From Gekko japonicus (lineage: Eukaryota), in NCBI RefSeq assembly GCF_001447785.1, contig NW_015164190.1:640877-704876 (forward strand): DNA of 64,000 nt, written 5' to 3'. The number at the start of each line of letters is the position of its first letter. Within the stretch, counting starts at the first letter, position 1. Below, in pieces: positions 12,183 to 24,879 of the stretch. The notes below the pieces were generated by a model, which was given only the letters and a program-made list of their open reading frames with translations, searched no databases and had not been told where the DNA came from. The translations under genes and the position numbers were made by a program.

Positions 12183-12746
12183 GTACCTGGGGGACCGCCT
12201 TTCCCCATATATACCCCAGCGAGCACTACGGTCAGGGGCCCAACATCGTTTGACTATTCCTGGCCTCAAGGATGCAAGGCTCACCAGTACCAGGACCAGA
12301 GCCTTTTCTATGGCAGCTCCTTACTGGTGGAACGAGCTCCCGGAGGAGATCAGGGCCCCGCAGGACCTTTTACAGTTTCGCAGGGCCTGCAAGACGGAAC
12401 TCTTCTGCCAGGCTTTTAAATAGGAGTCACCACCACTATTGTTGCCATCAATGATTCCATCGAACTTCTGGAACTTAGGACTGGCCCAGTTGCATCACCA
12501 GGCCTGTATTTGCTCGAGGGATGATGGTCGGAAGGACAAGTGGACAGATTTGAAGAGCACGAATTTGTCAGCATTGCGAGCATTTTATTGTTAACTGTCA
12601 TGTTATTATATGATATGAGTTAGTATGTATTTTATGTAGTTTAAAATGTTATGGCTATGTTAATTAGGTACATTGTGCCACTCTTGCTAGCCACCCTGAG
12701 CCTGTTCATAGGATGGGCAGGGTATAACTATAATTAATAAATAATA
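12183..12746 (+). mobile_element. L2-clade LINE 3' fragment
   Basis: YLGDRLSPYIPQRALRS...RAFSMAAPYWWNELP...FRRACKTELF, then 3'UTR ending (TAAA)n; related to 39717-40195 and 53760-56457. Confidence 0.8.
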
Positions 12747-14399
12747 AGTATGTGCTTAAATCACATGTTCAGCTGTACATAAGTTACATGCACATTGAGT
12801 AATACAATGCATTCAAAGAAAAATCAAAATTCTCACTGTACTTGGACTGTAAGTGCCTTCACTGTAACTTGTGAACCGGGCTCCTCTGTTGCAGTGCAGA
12901 AGTGAGGGGAACTTTAATAACATTCTGAAGCTTGCAACCAGCATTCCTTTCTCCTTCTGTGGACTGAGTGGTCTTATTTAAAGGGTCACAGCTTTGCCCT
13001 GTTGAAGACTAGGCCAATAACCATGTTCTGGTGGTGAAAAACTTGGCTCTGACTGGTTTCTGAGAGAGACAATGTTGGCAACATTCATAGTTTTTGTTGG
13101 CTCCTTACGATCACTGGCAATCCATTTGCACTTGAAACTATGAATGTTGCCAACATTATCAGCAAGAAAAGAAACTGCACAGAGTTTCATGCACCAAAGT
13201 TGTTCAGTACTGAACAAGATGGTCCAACAGGGCCTGTGACTATGGAAATTTTTTGGCACCCTCAGAAATCAGTCAGAGCAAAGTAACACCTGCTGGCAAG
13301 CAGATGATAGCCCAGGACCATACTTCCCTTTAACAGTGACTCATTGTAGTTTAAAAAAAAAATCCTTCCAGGGTGCCATTTGTGCCATGCTCTAGAGTAG
13401 CTAAGAAACAGAACTGAAGGCAGATAGAACTAGGTTTCTTTTAAGAGGCTTCTGTTGAGTTCCATAGGTCGGGAGCAAACAGTAAGATGGTTAGGTGAGT
13501 AGGGTGGATTGAGTCCACTCCAAACATTGTTGCTGTGTGTGGACTTCTGCAGTCTCCTGCATAAGTGACTGGCTGCTGTTCATTCCTGTGGGGGAAAGTA
13601 GCAAATGCAACAGCACTGGATGGTAGCTTTGCTGCCATCACCACCACTTTGGAAAGGAGGGGGCAAAGGCCTCTAACATGCGATGACCACAGCAGTGTTT
13701 GAGCAGAGTTACCTTACAGTGCAGCAGTAATGAGACTGGATGGCTTTTTTTCTTGTTGCTCGTATCATGGTGGCATTCTTTCCACAGCATGGCCTGGACA
13801 GTGTGAAGTCTAGTCTCATTTTTTACAGTATGCCTCCTCTATAACAGCCTATTCTTTCCTTGAGGCAAAGTAATGCAGTGAACAGGAGCACTCTTCTACC
13901 TCCGGATGTTTATAACCACCTATGAAGCCACAGTCCTCCCTCTTCCCTCATACTTGCACTAAATCAAGAAACTCTTGCTGTTCGTTTGTCCGGCAGCCTC
14001 AGTATCCATTCTTCACTTTTTGTCTTCATTACTTGCACCTATTAACATCCCTGCTTGTTTCCCTCTTCCCCGTATTTCTTGCATTTACTTTCTTCTTCAG
14101 TGTCCCACTTTCCCAACACATTAGCTTTCCATTTCACAGGGTCTTCCTTTGCTTTTTCCCCACTGGAGGTAATCCAAAGGGATAGACCACAATGTTGTCA
14201 TAGATCTGATAACACTGGATAGCCACTAAGTATGCTATGGTCAAATAAGTGCAGCCACTGTTAATAATTTTTCACTGGCCCAGGTCATTGTAGGTCCATA
14301 ACTGCACTTTAGACTTTGATGTGCTTTTCAGCCTATGGCTTTGACTTTGGCATGCTTTGTCCCTGTGCATTTAAGTAACATTGTTTATTGTCTCTTTAG

Positions 14400-14485
14400 T
14401 GTGTCCTGCTGGCTGGCAACCTGGAAGTGACACAATCAAGCCTGATGTTCAGAAGAGTAAAGAGTATTTCTCCAAGCACAAATAA
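14400..14485 (+). CDS. PRDX1: Peroxiredoxin-1 last coding exon (resolving Cys)
   Basis: [28 protein letters not shown]; tttag acceptor. Confidence 0.97.
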
Positions 14486-14816
14486 ACGTGTTTCATTTCT
14501 GTGTTTTGTACAAGGAAACTATTATGTAATTTGTATAAAAACATAAGCCTGCCATTGTTTAAAGAGTAACCCTATTGTGTGAGCTAAGATATTTACAACT
14601 ACATTTCATAAGCCATTTATTTCAAATCAGTCTGACTGACAAGTACCATGACACTGGAGTAAATAGATTACAAGTAAAATTTATTTGGCAGCAGCTATTA
14701 AGTATTGGGGAAATTTACTTCCTTATTTATCTGTACTGCTATAGAGATTTTTTTCGTTTCTTGTGCTCACATGGATAATTGAGGACCAGATGGTTTTTCT
14801 AGTATTTTGTATTGTC

Positions 14817-14822
14817 ATTAAA
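14817..14822 (+). terminator. Candidate PRDX1 poly(A) signal ATTAAA
   Basis: About 330 nt after the stop codon. Confidence 0.45.
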
Positions 14823-15180
14823 CTTGTGGGGAAAATGGAATACTGTCAGATTTGTGGAGTTAATGGCAAAGAAGTGGAACAGTTCTTCTGAAACTGCACT
14901 TCAGGCAGCATATGCTGTGAAACAGAGGGCCTCAACATCATATGCAAGATGCTAGCAGAGATCAGCCCCAAATTTTGCTTCCATTTGTACTTCAAGTTTG
15001 ATATGCATTTATGATGGACCCCGTTACTCTCCCTACTTTGAGGCAGATTTTTCCCACCGAAATTCTTAGTTTCCTTCAGGTACTGAGCTGGCCTTCCAGT
15101 ACTGTTACATTTGCAGCTTTATAAATCTGAATGTCCCACCCATTGACAATCTAATTTGGCTTTTGCCCAGCCCAGGAACT

Positions 15181-16184
15181 TGTCAGGAGAAAACCGGAAC
15201 CCTCTTTTTAGATCCCTTGAGATGGCACTGGAGACACTGTAAAAGTGAACAATAATAAAGATTTTATTTAATAGGCAGGGGTGGTATGGGGTAGTCAGGA
15301 ATTGGAAAGGCTGAGGTAAACAGTGGTAAAAATAATATATATTTCAGTTGACAGACAAGATGGGGTTGAGGCAACTTCACAAATTCTTGGTTCTTACCAG
15401 TGAGAGACTATCAGTTACTAGTGTTCCTGCCACAAATTCTTGGTTCTTACCAGTGAGAGTCTTATCAGTTACTAGTGTTTCTGCATACTTTCCTAATAAC
15501 TGTTCAGGTTTTCTGGGAAGGTGTATCAAATTCTTTCCCTTTTTTTGAAATTGCAGTATTTCTTCTTTTTCCTGAGTAGTTGATCACCATTTCCTTTCAC
15601 AACAAACCAGGGACTGTCTCAGTGCCAATTCCCTGTCTAACTGAACAGGACTTAAACTTCTTCTCTCAAAATATAATCCTATTCCTTTTGTCCTGATTGG
15701 GAGCTTCAGTCTGCTACCTAATCACTCTTTGCCAAATTCTCAAACCCCAGTTCATGGTGTCTGTGTGATAATGTAGTTCAGCATATGCTGTCACTAGACT
15801 CTGAATTCTTAGATGGAATTCTTTATGCTTAACACAGCTAAAACCAGGAGTCACTCCCTTTATTCAAAAGGTGAACCTGTCTGACAGACTTTTAGTCAGA
15901 TTCTTCAGACATCCACGCCTGTAGCTGAACTTTTACTTGCTGAACAGTAACTGCTGCCATACTCAAAGTGAACTAACTTGTCAGCACACAGCTGATTTTA
16001 TATTTCCTTCAGGTGGTGTTGGCCAATCAGAAAAGGAGCAGCCTGTCACTCAAGCTCAACATTCTAGATCAGAGTTAACTATTCACATCCCTTTGTGTGC
16101 CCTCAAGACCCTTCTTACAGAGCAGAGTTAACTATTCACCTCCCTTTGTGTGCCCTCAAGACCCTCCTTACCAATAGCATCACA
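15181..16184 (-). mobile_element. Solo-LTR family copy 2 (inverted)
   Basis: Minus strand begins TGTGATG and ends CTGACA; shares gagc.ttgagtgacaggctgctcc, CCAAT box and aataaaat.tttattatt..gtgccat with 58565-59428; internal 50-55 bp tandem duplications near 15380-15480 and 16070-16170. Confidence 0.6.
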
Positions 16185-17759
16185 TCAAGTGACGATACTT
16201 TGCAGTCACATTTGGTACTTGGTCTCTTTCTGCCTGCTTCTTCCCCTCCCCACTTGAGTAGCAAGTTAGCTAATGTCCCTTGGCTTTCCAGTCAGTTCTT
16301 TACAATAGAGCCATTCACCATTCAGCTTGGAAGTGTTCTGTTGAATATGGTACCTTCTAAGCCAGCTATGCCTTACCTTGCTGTAAAATATATGTAATTC
16401 TCCATTTTTGGAATGAGAAGGCTCCCTTTTTCTCCTAAGTAATAACTCCTTAGTTGGCATACCCAAATAAAGGGGGGAAATTAGAGCTATGGGTTAGGTA
16501 TAAAGCCTGTACACTTTGAACAATTGTCATAAGTCATTTCTTGAGTTCTGAAGCTGAAATGCCGTAGGTTGAATAAAGAGTCTTTCTGTAGTTTTAGGCA
16601 GTGGTGCTTGAATCTGTAAAGCACTTCATACCCAAGGCTAGTGGTAACAAAGGCTCCAACAGGGCCATGATGCAGTTGCAGCAATGAGAGGAAGTAAAAT
16701 ACATGGTACCCCTTGATGCTGCAGCCTTTCCCTGACCTGCATTTTGCCTTCAAGGCTCCCCAAATACTTACAGTAGATTTGGAACAAAAAGACTACTTTG
16801 AGAAAGATATGTTCTGCCACCACTTTCTGTTACAAGTCTGGGTCTAACCTGAGATGACACACTACTAGTGTCAACATGCATGTAAATAGCTGGTCATAGC
16901 CTGCTGAAGACTGGGTTAATTCCATTTTGTCTAAAACTGCCCACTTCCAACAGAATATCTGAGCATTCAAGTTAACATATCAGCACATGTGATAGTATCA
17001 AAGTATGACTTTTGAAGACAGATGAGGAAAATAGGTTGATGGTTGTAGAACATTAAAGAGCAAAGTAAATGCTTTCTTAATTGCAAGTCATGTTTAGCTT
17101 AGGTTGACTTCTGGTGAAAGCTGTTTCTGAATGATTCAGATTGCTTTTTGTGACCAACAGAACAATTTAGCAAGAAAAGATACAGTAGCTGGTGAGGGGT
17201 TATGCTAACAATTTTTCAACTAATCTGCAACAAATGCATTTTCTAGCTCCTTTAATGAAATGTAATAGATGCTTTGACATTTCTTAAGTGTCTTTAGTAA
17301 AGAGGCTACTTTTTTACCCAGCACATAAAACACAGGAGTTAGAACAGCAATGATGTTTTTGTGCTCAAGATAGGTGAGTCAAAGCAGGATATCAAATACT
17401 ACATGGGGAAAAAAAGCCATCTGAGATAAACAGCTCTGTGAAGCAAAATGAAGTATCTTGAGCCAACACACACACGACAATGTGATGGAATATTGCTACC
17501 GCTAGGTGGCTCTGCTAAATCTTGTAAACATGTCTAGAAGCACATGCAAATTGACATACTTTCCTGTAATCTGACATCTTTGCTTACTGTAAAATGGGAT
17601 TTCATGGTATGAGTTACACCTGACACGCCCACCAATATCCTTATCGCCCCAGCTGTTGGTAAGCAGCAGTTGCCATATCTGTCTTTGTGGTTTGCTAAGT
17701 GTACAGCTTTTTCAGCATCATAATATGAAGGTAACTGTGGGTTGTGAAAAGCACCCTAT

Positions 17760-18230
17760 GTCTTTCCTTCCCTTATCATAACCCAGATACTTTCCACTGG
17801 ACTGTTGCCCTTCCCCTCCAGTATTTTCTGACAAACCCTCGCCTCATATACAGCAGCACTCCACAACCTCTTTGACCCTTTAGATTTTTCTTGAACAACT
17901 TGTGTCCATCCACTACTACATTTCAGTCATAGGAATCATCCCACCAAGTCTCTGTAATGCCTACTAAATCATATCCCTCTGTCTGCATTAGAAGCTCAAG
18001 CTCTTCCTTCTTATTGCCCAAACTTTGGGCATTGGTACATAGACACCTGAAGCCCCGCACCTTTGGCTCCATTAGACCTGGCCCTCCCAGGTGGGGCTCT
18101 GTTGTTTGCTCTGCTTCATTTAACTCCCTATGTTGGTCATCTCCTTCCCCTTGTGGTGTCAGTTTAAAGCCCTCTTGATGAGTCTCCCCAGGTTTCTGCC
18201 AAACACTTTCTTCCCTGACCTTGATAGGTG
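17760..18230 (-). mobile_element. CR1 LINE fragment (ORF2 endonuclease N-terminus)
   Basis: FRCLCTNAQSLGNKKEELELL...YDLVGITETWWDDSYD. Confidence 0.8.
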
Positions 18231-19104
18231 AAGTCCAAGAGTTACACCAAAACATGGATAAAATAAGAGGAAAATAGTTTGAACAGTGGGTAGGAAAAGA
18301 GTGGTGGCTAAGGGATATTAGAATGCTAATGAACTCAACATTTAGCTTTTTGCAGTCTAATTTTCTCCCATTTTTCAGCCTCCAAGTGAGCAAAAGTACT
18401 GCCTCTCTTCAAGGCAAGATCCACTGTGTGTGGAATTTGAGACTGGAGAATGGAAACATACACTACTTCCTCAAATATTAATCTCCTGGCTGGCTGCCCC
18501 CTCAAGTGGCCAAAAGTTCGAGAGCTGCTAGGCCAAAAGGTGGTGATATGTAAAAGATAAAGAAGTAACTTGCAAATTTACACAACCCCTATGATCCTTA
18601 GTGCTAGTCAGGGAAAGAACACTGTGCATGCAAAAACATGGCAGTAGGGAATAAGGTTAACAGAACTCACAAAGAAGTGAACGGGATAGTTTTGATTTTC
18701 AAGAGAACGCAGACTAGCACACTTATTTTGCAGAATCCTGGGTTCCAGATTCTGTAATTCTATGCACCTCACACAGGGCTGATTCCAGGTTTTATGGACC
18801 CCTGGACAGAGAGTATCCAGCCCCTCATGCTCATCCACAAATGTGCCCCCACCTGCCTGTGCATCCTGGCCTCACTTTTTTGTGTGTGTCTGTGTGCTAT
18901 GCTATTAACTCTTCATGGACACGTTAGCTGTGACAGCAACAGATACCTCATCACTCTCTCTGCCCCCATCACTCTCCCACACCCTCATGCAGCAGCAGTA
19001 GTGGTGGCAGTGCTCCCAGCCACTCGCCTGCTTCCTCTCCCCCCACAGCAGCAGTGGCAGCTCTCCGGGAATCACAACAGATCTGAATTCACCTTAGCAC
19101 TGTC

Positions 19105-19415
19105 AGCTCCAGGTTGGGAACTTCCTGGAGATTTGGGGGTGAGCCTTGGGACCGTGAGGTTTGGGGAGGCAAGCAGCCTCAGCAGGGTATAATGCCATAG
19201 ACTCAGCTTTCCAAAGCAGCCATTTTATCCAGGGTAACTGATCTCTGTCACCTGGACAACGGTTGTAATTCTGGGTGATCTCCAGCCCTCACCTGGAGGC
19301 TGGCAATGGTAGTTCTAGTGGAGGAAATGGCTGGTTTGGAGGGGGAGTCTATGACATTATACCGGTCTGAAGTTCCACCCCTCCTCAAATCCCACCCTCC
19401 CCAGGCTCCACCCCT
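19105..19415. mobile_element. hAT-type MITE fragments
   Basis: ctccaggttggg..cctggagatttggggg..tggcaa pattern shared with 42939-43143. Confidence 0.5.
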
Positions 19416-19444
19416 AGCTCCACTCACCTAGTTCACAAAAACCT

Positions 19445-20975
19445 TATTCATACATATCCAAAAGTAGCCTGATAACCATAGTGCAGGAGGTGCCAATGGC
19501 CCCCCATTTTATGGAAGCTGGACATACTATGGATTTGTAATTAACAAATATCAAAGCCAGCTTCGGAGTCAGTGAGGATGTCCAGAGGGTGTTATTGAAA
19601 CAAGAAACTTTCTGGAGTATACAGCACTTTAAATCTCTAAGGAAGTCTTTGAAGACACATCTATTCAAAAAACAAGACAGCTGCTATTAATAAAGCACTT
19701 TATTGGATATGATACACAGTTTGTCTTGGCTCAATCCCCACCTCTTTACTTCTTTATGCTGATGACGCAGTGCTATTGTCTCTAACTCGTATAGGGCTGA
19801 AACGCCTTTTGAAGAGCTTTGTAGACTATTGTGAAAAGAATAGGTTCTGAATTTTGATAAATCCAAAATTATGATCTTCAGTAAGAGTTGGAAGTCATCC
19901 AGATGGAACATTGGAGGCCATTTCATTGAACAAATCAAAAGCTTTAAGTATTTGGGTATCCACTTTTACTATAACACCAAATGGGTCTATCATAGAGAGA
20001 GCAATTGAGGCAGCGAACAACATTGCTGCGGCAATTACATGTTTCCATTATACCAGGGGTAACCAGTACGTGCCGGCGGCCCTTGAAGTTTTTAATGCCA
20101 AATTAGCTGCTCAATTATTCTACAGAGTACCAATCTAGATTGAAGCCTTAAATAGGGACTTGGAAAGAATTCAGTCCAGATTCTTGCGGAAAATTCTTGG
20201 ACTTCCCTCTTGTGTTCCTTATGCAGCTTTATGCTTAGAAACCAATCAAAGGCTTCTATCGACCAGAGCATGGTTGATAACAACTCAGTTCTGGCTTAAA
20301 CTTCATTTCCATGCTAAAGCTAAAAGTATTATTACTCACATGTTAACTGAGTCCCATCTCTCTCCATGGCTTAGATATGTAGAGGAGAAACTCTCTACAA
20401 TGGGAATATCCCCGGATTATTTAGCCCCCTTTTCAGATAAACAAGCCTATGCTATTATTAAACAGATTTCTTGACATCGAAAGGCAAGAACTTAGGGAAC
20501 AGATGCTCCCCAAGCAGGTTGTGGACTTTTTGACATGGGCTCTACTGCGAAGTATCTGTCAAGTTTAACAGCCTCACATCATCGCAGAGCATACATGCTT
20601 GCACGCTTTAATGTTCTGCCATCACAGGTGCTTTTAGGGAGGTACCACCAGATACCATATGTAGACAGACTTTGTCCTTGCTCTCTAAAAGATATAGAAT
20701 CCACTACACACGCCATACTTCATGGCCCCCTCTATAGGGATATCTGATCTCGTGTTATTACTCCATTTCTAGAGGGTAAGAGCTGGCACTCTGATGACTC
20801 AATTGTTCACTTTCTTCTGTTTAATTCTAATTGCGAAATAATAGAGACTGTTGCAAAATTTTTATATTATGCAATCAGAAGACGAGGCTTGAATAGCCAA
20901 GTGTAAGTGACTGATGCATCTTAGTATTTTCCCGTATTTCCATGATGTTTTGTGCTTTCATGCCAATAAAGGTTT
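19445..20975 (+). mobile_element. Degenerate non-LTR retrotransposon 3' part (RTE-X-like RT plus C-terminal Cys/His region)
   Basis: LLYADDAVLLS, KSFKYLGIHF, ARFNVLPS, RLCPC..ESTTHAILH, 3' aataaagg; several frameshifts and stops. Confidence 0.7.
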
Positions 20976-22687
20976 TGTGTGTGATATACAGTTTGTGGAC
21001 TGTCTGAAGACTTGCATGGTTCCTTATCTGTCTGAGGTTTGATATTGCAGATTTTGAAACTAATGATGCAATATACATTGTATTTCTTATTGTACTTGTG
21101 ATTGACTATTGTACATTGTAAATGGAACTTTAAGATAACCTTAAGAGTTGCATTTCAGTATATTCATAACATTCAATCACAGTGTTTTTGTATTGTTTTT
21201 TACTTATTTCCCATCATTCTCTCTTTGTATTGCTTTCACCTGGAGAAAACGGCCACTTTGTAAATTGGACTCTTGCATTATGCTCCAAACCCTGCCCTCC
21301 TTAGGCCCCATCCCCAAAATCTCCAGGTATGTCTGAGCCTGGAGTTGGCAATCCTAATTTAGTAAGATATCAGGTTCCCATATTTGGGGGGGGGGGGAGG
21401 CAGTGACCAGGATTTTCAGAGGGCAGAGTTTCAGTGTCCTGGCAGCTCTTTGTGTTGTGCAAAAGAAGCAAACATGGAACATTAATACATCTTTACAAAT
21501 TACATAACGTGGGGTACCTTGGTGCACAATGTTGACGGTTTTTGGGTTTTTTTAACAGTTGCCCCTGGTGTAGTGTTGCCAGCCCTGGGTTGGGAAATTC
21601 CTGGATAATCATATATACATCACCCTTCAATCCAATCCAAGACAAGTATATTTCAAAGACAGAAATATAGCGCCAACATAAAGAAAACCAGCCTTTATTC
21701 CATATGGCTTTATTCTCATGTGGCTGTGTGGGAAAAGCTTTCCATGTGTCTCTAAAATCTCTAGAAGGTACCAGGCACCAGCTGCATTCTTATGGGGCTT
21801 ATTCTGTTTTAACAATATACAGAGTTAGTGCATGGAAGCAGGAAAATTGTATATAGAATTTGCAGCTGAAGCAGATTTACTTAATGGTTTGCTAATTCAA
21901 GATCCCGCAGCTGCAAAACACTGTTAACTCTGTACAGAGAAAGTCAAACAAGCACTGGGTACCCTGCAGGACGTTTCTCTGAACATGACCTAGATGGAAC
22001 CTCAGTTAAAAAGTTGACTGTTTTCCAGCTTTAGTTTTCTTTGCTGTTAAACACCAAAACTTCCTAATCTGTCAACAGTAAGGGGGGGGGGGAACCCTAC
22101 ACTGCTTCAGCTCTTCCAACTTAACCACTTGAGAAGCATCTTTAAAAAAAAAACCTCTTATTAATGTGTTGATCTTAAAGAAGGAGGAAATGCCTTTTGT
22201 TGAACCAGAACTTGTCAGACTGTCCTCCTTGTCTACATAGTACGCATGGGACCATTGTTCTTTTCAGTGGCTTGGAAAGGGGAACAGTATTTCTGAACAC
22301 CCTTCCCCATAATAAGATGATTCTCGGTGCCCCTTCTTTTCTCATTCCAGGCACTGTGCATCTCCATTGGTGGTTCAGCATGTTCCACACACACTACCTT
22401 CTCACCTCTAAAGGCTTCTTAGATTTTGCTTTCCTTCTTTGAACTCTTACTGTCCTTCACTTTCTATTTAAAAATTATCTGAAATTGAACCTGAATTCCC
22501 ATGTCTAAATCCAGCACTCTTCTACTCCAAACTGCCTATTAATGAGGGCCTCTTGTTTATTTTGGAGCTAGGTTCCATTGGGGTTTGTTTATTATAACAG
22601 CAATCTACCAAACAACCAGCATCAAAATCAGCCCTATTTGCACTAATGAATTCATTGCCATCATGTAGTAATAAGAGTCCTCTGTGA

Positions 22688-22766
22688 AGCAAAGAATCTA
22701 AACCCCTTTTTGATGGAAGAGGGAACTGTTTCCTCTTCCATCAAAAAGAGGTTTAGATTCTTTGCT
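22688..22766. repeat. Near-perfect 79-nt palindrome
   Basis: 39-bp arms, 1-nt centre, 2 mismatches. Confidence 0.9.
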
Positions 22767-23995
22767 GGTTGTTGTGAAATGGAGAGGCCAACTAGGAGAC
22801 TAACTTTAGCAAATATTTTACCAGCATGTTAACTGGGATCGGAACTAAACATGATAAGAAAGCAAGGTCCTGTCGTAGTTCTGTTGTGAACCCATGGACT
22901 CTACTGCAAAGGGTTCACAAAGGATCTAAGTTGAGTTAATGATCTGGGCTCCTGGGAGATTACAAATTACCCACCTGTCTTTCTCCGGTAGCTATGTAGT
23001 CTGTGATGTGGAAGACTGGGTCTTCTTTACATTCCTTTTTAATATCAGTATTATTGGCATAAAATCCAAAAAGAAGCTTTGTTTTCAGGTGGTCACTTCA
23101 ATATCTTCCCAAGGCAGACCCTGTCATACTTCTCACCAGTTCTATATAGCAGTATTGATTTTTGTTGAGCTACCAGAGGGTTTGGCTGCTGTGATTTTTC
23201 ATGTGCCTAAAGACTGCTCCTCTCACTAGGGCACTGATACAATTGATAAGGCATTCTGAGCCATACTTTTTTAAAATCAGAGGTTGACATATTGATATAC
23301 TGCTATAATGGCATATCAGCATATCAATTACTGGGGAGAAAAATCTTGAAAAAGCCCACCAGTGGTACATATGGGGAGAAAACGGCTGAGACGGGGACTC
23401 AGAGAGGGGAAAAGAGAGATGATAAAACTCCTGGGAACAAGGAGGGAGGGCTCTTTTTGAGTGCTGATTTCATCGAAACAGACAGAACTCTGAACATGTA
23501 CTGGCCTGGACAGCTGAATGCAAGATAAAGGAAACACTGCAGAGATCTATAACATTCTAAGCTTAGGAGCCTATCCTATATTTTACATCTGATAGGGCAT
23601 GTATAGAGAGATGGACAGAGGAATTATGTTTTACCCTTTTCTTTTGAATCCCTTGCTCAAGCTGGTGCTATGCTAAGAGTACGCTTGTAAACATTTCATT
23701 CTTTTAAAAATACTTTATAATGTTTGATCATGGTAGTGGTTCTCTGTACTACATAGACCTCCATTGTCTTGGACACGCTATTTTAAAAGCAGCACCGGAG
23801 AAAGGCAGTCAGTTGGCAAGCGGCTATTCCTCCAGGGGCACACAAGGCAGTAAACTGTCCCTGTGGTGAACGGGTGCTGGGCAGTAGGAGCCACAGAGAC
23901 AAGGCCTCAGAACTTGGATGGGAAGCTGGGAGTTCTGACCCTCCCAGAGGGCAGTTCCTACAAAGGTCAGGTGACGGTGGTGGGTTACCAGAGAG

Positions 23996-24370
23996 TAGGG
24001 TTGCCAGGTCCTACCTGGCACCTGGCAGGGGACTCCCAAGTCCTTCCCAGGATCTGCTGCAATTGCTGCACAATGACCTCATCTGGAAGTAATGTCATTG
24101 CGCCGCCAACATCAGGTGGTGACGCTCTAGTTTTGGGGCAAAACTCTATTTTTTCCCCTTCAAAACTATGGAGTTTGCCCCCCCCAGTGCCCCCCCAACG
24201 TTGGTGATGCAATGACGTCACTTCCGGGTGATGTCATTGCATTGGGGATGTCGCACAGCAACATCCCTATTTGCTGGTGGGGTTTCCTCCGTTGGCCAGC
24301 TGGCTGGTGGCAGATTAGAGCCCCCCAAAGTGGGGGAGCCCCCACTAAGACCTGGGGACTGGGAACCCTA
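23996..24370. mobile_element. hAT-type MITE
   Basis: TIRs TAGGGTTGCCA / TGGGAACCCTA; flanks CCAGAGAG and CTGGAGAA compatible with a CpG-decayed 8-bp TSD. Confidence 0.75.
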
Positions 24371-24879
24371 CTGGAGAAAGAGAAAAGCCTCTCCAGGTGT
24401 TAAAAACCTTGGACATCGCTTATTTGTGCTGTGATGGGTTTTAAGAGTTCTGCAATGGTGGCCGTCATATTTTTTTCTAGAGTGTGTATTGTCTCTAGAA
24501 ACTCTTGCCTTAGAACTGTGAGGCCGTTTTGAGCACGCTTGTCTGCTTCTGCCGCCATTTTGTTTACCGTTTCGGAGGTTTCTTTGCTGGGTATTGAGTT
24601 GTTTTTTACGAGTAAAATAGGTCGAAACAGAGGTGCTGACTACGTTAGACTTCTTTCCTCTTGCTGTAGAGTTTCTTCCCATAACTTTTGAGGAGAGTCG
24701 ATGTCGGAATATTGTTGATTTTTGCTTGTCAGGGGAAAATTTGACGGGAGCCTCCCGTTCAGGCGTCTGCCATCTCTCGCTCAGACGCCACGCCCCCTTA
24801 AAAACCTTGGAGGGCAGGGTGGAACAGAGCTTGCACACCGGAGCAGGACTGTTCTGCCACTGGATGTAACTACATTCAA

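Larger units (their letters stand above)
6900..14485 (+). other. PRDX1: PRDX1 gene coding span (5 exons, 600 nt, 199 aa typical 2-Cys peroxiredoxin)
   Basis: Exons of 106+154+123+131+86 nt with GT-AG sites in consistent phase; [18 protein letters not shown] and YF motifs; N-terminus MSSGNA and DSHFCHLAW are PRDX1-type. Confidence 0.96.
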
